NCBI RefSeq assembly: GCF_037042905.1
Contig: NC_087252.1
Location: 12,836,001-12,900,000 of the forward strand
Direction: 5' to 3'
DNA length: 64,000 nt
DNA from: Lytechinus pictus
Taxonomy: Eukaryota
Part shown: positions 55,120 to 64,000 of the stretch, piece by piece
Position numbering within the stretch: position 1 is the stretch's first letter
Layout of the letters: each line of letters begins with the position of its first letter
Position numbers and translations under genes: made by a program
Notes under the pieces: generated by a model
Seen by the model: only the letters and a program-made list of their open reading frames with translations
What the model was told of the DNA's origin: nothing
Database searches by the model: none

Positions 55120-56899
55120 TTAAGTAGTGTCGGTGAAATAAGACATCGTAAGTTTATACTGTAAGTAGCAGAAACACCCCCTCCCTGCACCATTCCCCCC
55201 CCCCCCCCGAGAGACGTTTCGTGCGTGCAGTACGTGTTTCGCACGATTCGCGTGCTCACCACCGCCCCCTAAAATGAAATCCTAGCAACGCCACTGATTC
55301 TATTTAGTTACCTAGAATTATTTGGCCCCCCTTCACGATAACAGGCACCTGTTAGGCCGCTGCAACGAGGCGTCTTAAACAACTCGACCGCGGCAACCAA
55401 TGAAGGGGGAAAAGGTCGGTCTCGTGGACACTCGGTCTCGCGGACCCTCGGTCTCGAGGACCCTCGGCCTCGCGGACCTTCGGTCAAGTGGTCAGACCCC
55501 TTTTACGCCATATCTTCTTCATTTGGAGGCTTTTTTTTACCTGGTTCTGGTGTCTAACTGGCCTATGTTTGTGGGGTCAGGTAGTTACACTAGTATCATG
55601 ATAATGCTGATCAACAGCCAATCAGAATCAAGGATCGCAAGCAAGTTACCATTAAGTTAAGTTAATATAATGGTAATTTTTTATGCAACGGGGCCCAGAA
55701 TAGCTAGAATGTAAATTACCTGCTCTCCGCCCCCTGAATTAGCATATTTGACAAAACATGTCCTCAATTTCTGAGACAAAAGATATCTTCAATTTCTGAG
55801 GCATCTAATTCTACACCTGAGAGCTCATTTCTATGACACTATAGTTTATACAAGCCTTGTTATCTGTCATGGTGGCCAATGCATTTCTGCAGTGCAGTAT
55901 GTATGTGCAGTACATTGTATACTGTATACCCACAATGGATAATTGACATTTTTTTATTTAATAAGATATATTTCACAAATATCCGTAAAACCCAAAGTGG
56001 GGGAATAAAAGCAATATAGCTATATGAAGCTGCTTGCTATTTTTGACCTCGTACCATCTAATATCACAGAACCCCAGGATGATAAAACCCACTTTTTGGC
56101 TGAAAAAGGGCTACAAAAATGGGAAAATTTAGGTATAATTACCTTTTAACTCTACAAATAATGGTTTAAAAGTACTAATTATAGGAAAAACAAATTGCCT
56201 GCCCCCCAAAACATATGAATAGACACCAAAACCAGAGAAATTGACCACCAAATAAAAAAGTTGTGGCCAAAACTGTGATTTGGGGGGGTTTTGGCGGCCA
56301 TTTTGGATTTTGGCCCGGCACACTTTTTTCTCGGACCGAGACAAAAATATTGTCATTTCATGTTGAGATACATTACAAGGAATAAAAAAAACTGTTGTCG
56401 TATTGAAATTAGAAAAAAGTATATTTGACCCATGTATAGCCCACTCCTATTATAATGATATTCTAAACTTTCGACAGAAATGTCATTCTGGATATCTTCA
56501 GGGAGCTTATACCAAGTTACTGCTCGGACATATTTAAAGGATTGTTTGAATAGGGATATGTTAGGTTTGGGTAATACTACATTTATATAGTGAATTTGCA
56601 TCCCTAGTGCTCATGCCATGGCGATCGAAATACATTTCAATTTCATTTCATAAGTGGGGAGGGGCGACACCCATTATACACTTGTACATAAGAGTGGCTA
56701 GAAAACAATCCCGACGTTGGTCAATATTTTGCCAGGAGAATTGATTTATAAATATGATCAATGTATTCCCGCTCGTAAGTTGATAGTCAAAAATTACAGA
56801 TACATATCTAGCAGTTCTATTTGCAATCTATCTAGGGGTAATATGTAGGCTGTGGACAGCTGTGGACAGCTGTTGAGATTGCATAGTCTATACAGGGGG

Positions 56900-57385
56900 G
56901 GGGGGCGTTTCTTAAAGCTGTTCGTAAGTTAAGAGCGACTTTAAGAACGACTGGTGAACCCTTCTTACGCGCTAAACCATTGCCAATTCAATATATGTCG
57001 TAGAAGCGCCGTGGTGTAGCGGTTCTGACTCTCGCCTTGTAATCAGAAGGTCGTGTGTTCGAATCCCACCATGGCCTAGCACCCTTTGGCAAGGCGTCAA
57101 TCCACACTTTGCCACTCTCACCCAGGTGCTAATTGGGTACGGGTAGGAAACAACCGTCATTGTGGATGGTTTAGCATGTTTGCGCCTAACAGGCTGCTTG
57201 GAATGCTATGAATCCAGTGACCGGGTAATAATAATTGTGAAGCGCTTTGAACAGTCGTAGATTGATAAAGCTCTATATAAATGCCAATTATTATTATTAT
57301 ATAGCATTTACGAGAATAAAGGATCACCAGTCGTTTTAAAGTAACTCTCAACTATTAACGAACAGCTTTAAGAAACACACACCAG
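56900..57385. mobile_element. Harbinger-type MITE interrupted by a SINE
   Basis: GTTTCTTAAAGCTGTTCGT / ACGAACAGCTTTAAGAAAC. Confidence 0.7.
57003..57300 (+). mobile_element. full-length tRNA-derived SINE with LINE-like tail
   Basis: A-box TGGTGTAGCGG, B-box GTTCGAATCCC, 3' tail gtgaagcgctttga...ctatataaatgc and (ATT)n. Confidence 0.88.
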
Positions 57386-58818
57386 GGCTGAATTATGCAT
57401 TTATACCGGGTATGTAGAACATGTGAACTCAAGAATTTACTCAACTTGCCTAAAAGTAGATCTTATAGGCAAATCGATTTACATAATTCTCTTAAATATA
57501 CATTCCACCCCGGGTTTTCATCTTTCATAATGGCTAAATTCCTCATAGACTTTACCTGTTCATTTAGGTCATTATTTATGAATATATTCAATGTATCGAA
57601 TGATCTTGATTTAATTATTATTGTTTTGGTTATACCAGTCATTTAATGCGTTTACATCTTTCTGTAATTTCTTTGTTACATTTTCCAATTTACTTTCAGA
57701 GGCAAATACTATTGAATCACAGCAAATATGCTGCAATCACCTTCAGTAATACATTGAGATATATCAGATAGATATTAAGAACAGAATGGGGCCAGAACAC
57801 TGTCCTGTGGTACTCCAATAGAAAGCTTTTTTAGTATTAGATAATTATCCTTTGGAAAATACAACTTGCTTTCTATCATTTAAATAGTGTTTTTAACCAA
57901 GTGAGCATGTTATTGATAATTCCATATTTTTCGAGTTCTATGAAAGTGATGCAATTATTGCAACTATTGTTCAGTTTGGAACAGCAATACCCCATACTCT
58001 CATAGCAGCTAGCGCAAGTTGATATCAGGTTTCCAAAGTCATGAAAGTTGTGTTGGTTGGTTTATTGAGCTGATCGTTTGCCAGTCTTTTATGGTAGCGG
58101 TACAGCCTGTATTTTAAAATGTGTAGTTAATCACAAATTCAAATGTTTAGAAGTTTCTTTTTCTCGACACCATTCCATCGACCTGTTTTATAGAAAGGAA
58201 TGCACCCTGACGATTTGTTTTTATAATAAAAATAGGAATTGGCGATAATAATAAAAATTGGAATTGGCGAAGGCTTGAGAAAATCCACCACATATTAAGG
58301 ATTCAAAGTTATCAGAATTATTTCTCTTTTGTTTGTGATGTCACATTCGTCCACATGCCTCTTATTTACTATATAAATGCATACATTTATGTTGCTGCAT
58401 AAAGCTTGCATTTTTTGTGTTTTCTACTGTGTAGGGCTTTGATTTGCCAATTACACTCTAAGCTCAGGATCGGATCTTAAAACAGCAATATCGCAAATAC
58501 AATTAGCGTGAACTTCATCCATGAGGTCACATACTAATTGCCATCGTTAAAGTTTACGAACTAATTGACTAGGTAATTAAAAATTAAAATTTATGTGTAA
58601 GAAACACCTTTCTGCTAAAATCAGTATTCAAAACTCAAAATATCTATTCTATATCGCAGTATGGACATATAATTTGGAGTAGATTTCAACCCATTTTGTG
58701 TTCGCGCCTTGAAATACATTTAATAGAAAATGATAATGCACGAGTAATTGAGTCGCAAAATTCAGATGGGGAAACTATTTTGTAAATCACTGATGCCATT
58801 TTTTCACTTATTATGCAG

Positions 58819-58916
58819 GATTCTTTCCCTCAAATAAGCAACGGATGTTTCAGTTTCAATGAAGAGCAACAGTTGAATCTTGAATCATTCATTCAATCAC
58901 TCACTGCTTTTGCAAG
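58819..58916 (+). CDS. probable NLR exon (post-LRR)
   Basis: ttattatgcag|GAT...GCAAG|gtaggt, phase 0 to phase 2, open: DSFPQISNGCFSFNEEQQLNLESFIQSLTAFA(R). Phase matches both neighbouring exons. Confidence 0.6.
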
Positions 58917-59275
58917 GTAGGTAAATAAACTTACGGTGAAGTGTTCTCCCAGTGATATATTACTAAGAGAAACAATATCTTAAAAATACCTTTTACCTAG
59001 TATCATTACTTTATTTATTTTGTAAGTAAAATACACTGAATTTATCGTACCTAAACTTGTCATGCCACAAGCATTTGCAATCCACAAAAAGTGACTACTT
59101 CATATTTATGTGTATTATTGTTAAGGATCGATCCAATAAACATGTTTTTTTTTCTCACATTATGAAACGTTTCCAAAATCGGTTTGTGCTTAAAGCAAAG
59201 GCCAAATAATCTTATCTGCATTGGAAAATTATTAGATTTTTAAGATATAAAGATATATCTGGACTTGTTTTAAAG

Positions 59276-59391
59276 GAAATTCGAACCAGGAGCTACCTCA
59301 AGTACTCAAGACGATGGTGACAGTGACATGCCTTCGTCCAGTGGAAATAGTCCTGGACAGAAAGGGGCTGATGTCGTGGAAACTTATACAG
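59276..59391 (+). CDS. probable NLR exon (Ser/Gly/Asp-rich linker); gene continues beyond window
   Basis: tgttttaaag|G...ACAG|gtataa, phase 2 to phase 1, open: (R)KFEPGATSSTQDDGDSDMPSSSGNSPGQKGADVVETYT. GC-richer than its flanks. Confidence 0.55.
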
Positions 59392-60165
59392 GTATAATGA
59401 AATGAAATGAAATTACCTTCCTTTATGTCCTTGTACTTAGACAAATCAATTAGGATAATTATCGTTATTATTAGCTGATCTGTCAATCAATTATCAAATA
59501 TTACTTTTGTAAGAATTTTCTTTTTTATTCATCATTTTTTTCATTTTCCACTTGTTTCTTGTTAGCAGAAAATCTCAAAATCTACATCATCAATTTTCTT
59601 CAAAATATTATCAGTTATGGTTCAAAGTCAAAAGGTCATCGTGACGTCATTAAAGCGCCGTTTTGTAAATTAACATTATCAGTCATTTATATATTTATCA
59701 ATTATCAAATATTCATATTTACATGACATTAACTTCATATTAAAGGTCAACTGTCTATATCATTTAAAGTCATGTAGAGGTCACGACGTGCGCGTTTGCA
59801 CGCGTCAAAATTTCACGATGCTCAGAATCACAGTTTGACTAAAATAGAGTACGTTTCAGGTAATTTTAAGCATTTAAAAAAATTGAGCGCGTGAAAGGTT
59901 ACGCGCGCATTTTTTAGCATAACGGCATAACGCAACGTTGAATCACTATTGTTTTTCTATCAATGCATTGGTAATATAATTCTGAGCAATTTGACGCCTT
60001 CACCAACCTTCTACGACCAATTTTTACAGCATGCGCGCTCGTGCGTGCTCACAATTAATATGTGCAAAAACAGGCCTATACAAAATTCATTATAACTCTT
60101 CAGATAGTCTGTAGACCCCCTATAACATATAAATAAATAAATATATATATATATATACATATATA

Positions 60166-61832
60166 CACTGTTGGTCATAAAGGTGGAATATTTTTTTTCA
60201 CCAAATTTTCACAGCGTAATTATTACAACATGATTTGAATATGGCATTTATGGTGCATGATAACCACTTTACTTTATTATTCTGCCTTTTACACACATAT
60301 GACAGTGATATTTTACAAGTTTATGTCCTAAGCGATGGATGTCATGAGCATAGAACAACAATGACGACAATATACAGTAAATTACATGTAAAGGATCATG
60401 AGATATTTATTTTCAATCTCTCTCAGTTTTCCAGATGACTTCTTTTTTGTGATTTCATGGACAAATTTGCATCAAACTTGAGTCATTGTTCTTACTCAGT
60501 CACTAGTATCGGGTATGTCCACCCCTGGCACGAACCAGCGCATGCAGACGTCGTGGCATGCTGTCCACTAGCTTGTTGATGGCGTCAACAGGCATAGCGT
60601 CCCATTCTTCCCTCAGAGCATCTGCCAACTCCTGCAGATTTTGAGGAATGACCTATCTGTCGTTGATGGCTCGGCCTAGGGCATCCCATGCATGCTCTAT
60701 GGGGTTCATATCCGGCGAACAAGCTGGCCATGGCAACTGTACGACGCCCTCTGCCTCCAGGAATTCCCTTACTGCAGCGGCCCTGTGCGGTCTAGCGTTG
60801 TCATCCTGCAGTCGGAAATTGTGCCCATACACTCGTCTTGCATATGGAAGACAGTGGAACTCCAAGATATCCCTTTAGGCGGCGGCGTTGACGTTTCCGT
60901 CCGGAACCACCAGTGGCGTTTTCCCTCCATAATGGATGCCGGCCCATATCATCACTGAGCCGCCTCCGCCTTGAGTCGTCTCGTGGATACATTCATCGCG
61001 AAGGTTTTCCCCGGCCAATTGACGAACTCGTTGTCTCCCATCCTTTCGGTCAAGGATGAACCGGCTCTCGTCCGTGAAGACCACATGTTGCCAATGTCCT
61101 GGATGAAGCCTTCTGTGCTCCCTAGCCCAAAGAAGACGAGCTACTCTGTGGCGAACAGACAGGCGTAGACATTTGGTCAACCGTCGTGCTCGGTAACCAT
61201 GTTGGAGCAATCTGCGATTAACGGTTGACCAGGAAACGTTGATCCCATGATATCTCCTCCACAAGCGACGAAGACGCTCGTGGGCAATTTCCGGTTTCTG
61301 CGGCTGAAATTCAACAGTTGGCGATCATCTCTTCTTGTGGTCAATCTGGGACGTCCAGGAGATTTCCTAGGCCGAATATTCCCCGCCTCACGTTGACGTT
61401 TCAGGATCTTAGAGACTGCACTCGGTGATATCCCTAGGACTTATGCGATATCGGTCTGCTTGTAGCCCTCCTGTCGCAGTGCTACCACTCTCTCGCGTGT
61501 TGCTGTTGCCGTTGGACCAGGCAAAGTCCAGGGAACGTCTCTACCGATTTTTATTTCAAACGGTACAAGGAACTCGAAAAAATGCAACCTTCTTATACAC
61601 AGTGCTAAATCAGGGAAAGGGACAGAATATCATATGCATAGGCTTTTATAGTCTACAATAAAATAATTTATTACGTAATCCAAATTTCTCATGTTATAAT
61701 GTCACCTGTGTAATGGGGAAACATTATGTAATCACTCAATTACCATTTCGTCTACGCGTAGCCTTTCAAATACCAACAAAACTGTCGATTTTTATTCAAA
61801 AATATTTTATTCCACCTTTATGACCAACAGTG
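60166..61832 (-). mobile_element. Tc1 element with short TIRs
   Basis: TA|CACTGTTGGTCATAAAGGTGGAATA...TATTCCACCTTTATGACCAACAGTG|TA (25-bp perfect TIR). Confidence 0.95.
60503..61553 (-). pseudogene. Tc1 DD34E transposase pseudogene; 5' end approximate
   Basis: FTDESRF, QDDNARPH, SPDMNPIEHAW and GHTRY*; several stops and frameshifts. Confidence 0.9.
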
Positions 61833-62357
61833 TATATATTTGGATAAAGTATGAACGGAAGATAAGATTTTATGTCTTATTTGACTCTCAATAATGTAAT
61901 GACGTCATCAAAATGGCATTGGAATTCGAAATTTTCTTGTTAATTGTTATGACGTCATCATAATTAAGCAAATTTGACTCTAACTCCGTAAATATCAGTC
62001 AATTTTCTCCCAGTTGTTTATATGTTGTAGCTGAGGTCATATTCTTTCTGCATTTCTCCCTTTATTCTTAATTCATAGAAATAAGTCATCCTGAAAAATT
62101 GCAATTTATAAAGGCATGTCATTTTCACTCATTTTGCATGTACTGGATTCTACATTCCTCTATTTAGTGACCCATATCTCCACTATTCCCGGTAGGTTTT
62201 CGCTGAGCTTTGAGTATGTTGTAGCTGAGATTCCTAACTATTGTAAATGAGGCCTTAATTTTTCGAACAGATGCCAGAACCATGCCTGTATATTGAGTTT
62301 GAGATTGTCGAATTTTCATTACATGTAAAGTCTATGAGAAACACTGTCTATCATTAA

Positions 62358-62952
62358 AGGGGAATCCAGCCTTGGCCATAAATTGTTGTGTTGGGAAGGA
62401 GAAAAATAAATTAAACAGAATGGTGAAAGTTTGAAAGAAATCGGACAAGCAATAAGAAAGTTATAGCTGCTTTAACATAGAGATCACTAATACTATGTAG
62501 ATTTCAAATTGGCAACTGAGTAAGTAAATTATGACAAGGGGCAAGGACAACTTTCCCATAGGCCATGCACTTTATTATCAGGGATTTGTGGTTTTCTCCT
62601 AAGTACCCATTCCCCTGGGGCAGTAATCTAAATATAGCCCAGGTAGTATATTGTTTTATGTCCTCATGAAAGAAAAATACAATTTGAAATTAAAACTTTT
62701 GGGGAAAATGAAATTTTAGCCATTATATGTATTGGAGTACATGGAAGAGTAGTCCTTGCCTTACATCACTATGACACCCATATGCGGCCAATTTGAAGTC
62801 TCCATGGATACAGTGATTACCAATATTTACAACTTTTAAAAATTCATAACTTTCTTGTTGTTTGTCCAATATTGTTCAAACTTTCACCTATCAACTTGTC
62901 TGATTTTTCTTTTCCTTATAAAAACAAGTTTTTATTTGGGTTGGATTCCCCT
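62358..62952. mobile_element. TTAA MITE (Kolobok-like), intact relative of 31604-37400
   Basis: TTAA|AGGGGAATCCA...TGGATTCCCCT|TTAA. Confidence 0.88.
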
Positions 62953-63139
62953 TTAAGGCCTCAGACTTGCCTCTCAAGCGCTCATGGTGCATGGGTTCAA
63001 GCCCAAGGTTGATCATGAAGTTTTTGATTTTCATTTCAACATCTCGCACATGATCCTTTATGACCATTACAAGGTATAAGAGTTAAAATATTGCACAAAA
63101 AAGATATTCAAATCCCCTTTTTTCATATAACATATATTA

Positions 63140-64000
63140 CCTATAGGCGCCGCTTTTCCGACGGCGGCGGCGGCGTCAACACCAAATCTTAACCTAAGGT
63201 TAAGTTTTTTAAATGACAGCATAACGTAGAAAGTATATGAACCTAGTTCATGAAACTTGGCCATAATGCTAATCAAGTATTCTGAACATCCTGTTATAGT
63301 TTCAAGTCACATGACCAAGGTCAAAGGTCATTTAGGGTCAATGACTTTAGACCATGTTGGGGGAATCAGCTTCAAAATTTTAATTTAAGGTTAGGTTTTT
63401 GAAATGTCATCATAACTTAGAAAATATATGGACCTAGTTCATGAAGCTTAGACATAAGGTTAATCAAGTATTACTAAACATCCTGCTTGAGTTTCACGTC
63501 ACATGACTAAGGTCAAAGGTTATTTAGGGTAAATGAACTTTGGCCAAGTTGAGGGTATCTGTTGAATTACCATCATAACTTTATAAGTTTATGGATCTGA
63601 TTCATGAAAATTGTACATAAGAGTAATCAAGTATCACTGAACATCATGTGCAAATTTCAGGTCACATGATTAAGGTCAAAGGTCATTTAGGGTCAATGAA
63701 CTTTGGGCAAATTGGGGGTATTTTGTTGAATTGCCAACATAACTTTAAAAATTTATAGATCTGATTCATGAAACTTGAACATAAGAGTAAACAAGTATCA
63801 CTGAATGTCCTGTGCGAATTTCAGGTCACATGACCAAGGTCAAAGGTCATTTGAGGTCATTGAACTTTGGCCATTTTAGAGGTAATTATTAGATTGCTGT
63901 CATAACTTTCAAAGTTTATAGACATAGTGTATACAATGTGGATATAGGGGTAATCAAGTATCACTGACAAGTTTTAGGTCACATGATCAAGGTCAAATGT
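63140..64000 (+). mobile_element. second Helentron/HINE-like copy (5' IR missing, runs off window)
   Basis: ctataggcgccgcttttccgacggcggc...gtcaacaccaaatc and AGGTCAAAGGTCA core repeats, as in 26539-27510. Confidence 0.8.

Larger units (their letters stand above)
52518..55500. mobile_element. Mutator-like element with ~240-bp composite TIRs
   Basis: Arms ~52518-52755 vs ~55268-55500 with subterminal cgagaccga repeats; flanks TTTTTAGCC / TTTTACGCC (7/9). Confidence 0.65.
51771..56449. mobile_element. long-TIR (~600 bp) element, hAT-like TAGG end
   Basis: TAGGAGTGGGCTATA / TATAGCCCACTCCTA, arms ~51771-52370 vs ~55815-56449, (A)TTATAAT on both flanks. Confidence 0.8.
51301..58200 (-). mobile_element. 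old CR1/L2-type LINE remnant split by later elements; ends approximate
   Basis: (TTTA)n tail at 51301; minus-strand SIGVPQDSVLAP near 57800; ORF 56353-56601 has FKYVRAVTWYKLP. Confidence 0.6.

Noticed and set aside
51787..56356. Convergent similar ORFs (KKVCRAKIQNGRQNP)
   Set aside because: Mirror translations of the two TIR arms of one element.
57003..57075. tRNA gene (also 25260-25340 on minus and ~62960-63005)
   Set aside because: A/B boxes are present but there is no convincing cloverleaf; the first two run into SINE bodies and the third is a degraded remnant.

Overview
AT-rich eukaryotic (animal) DNA. The NLR exon style and repeat families suggest a sea urchin or other echinoderm, which is an inference. 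One + strand host gene spans the window: an NLR-type innate immune receptor. Its phase-compatible GT-AG exons are DEATH (5497-5762), NACHT (40945-42530), two degenerate LRR-like exons (49360-49536, 50506-50661) and two probable linker exons (58819-58916, 59276-59391). Its 5' and 3' ends appear to lie outside the window. Most of the remaining sequence is transposon-derived, and many elements can be delimited by terminal inverted repeats (TIRs) and target-site duplications (TSDs). The 35.2-kb DEATH-NACHT intron holds two large nested stacks. One is a 5-6-deep nest inside an 18.7-kb P-like element, whose left end was hit twice by young relatives. The other is a 15.2-kb P-like element carrying a spliced THAP/HCF-1-binding-motif gene, inserted into an orphan fragment of a paralogous NACHT exon. 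Also present are a nearly intact IR/DR Tc1 DD34E transposase, a second Tc1 pseudogene, CR1/L2-type LINEs, tRNA-derived SINEs, Helentron-like elements and many MITEs. No CRISPR, rRNA or true tRNA genes were found. Superfamily names come from TSD and terminus rules, not database searches.
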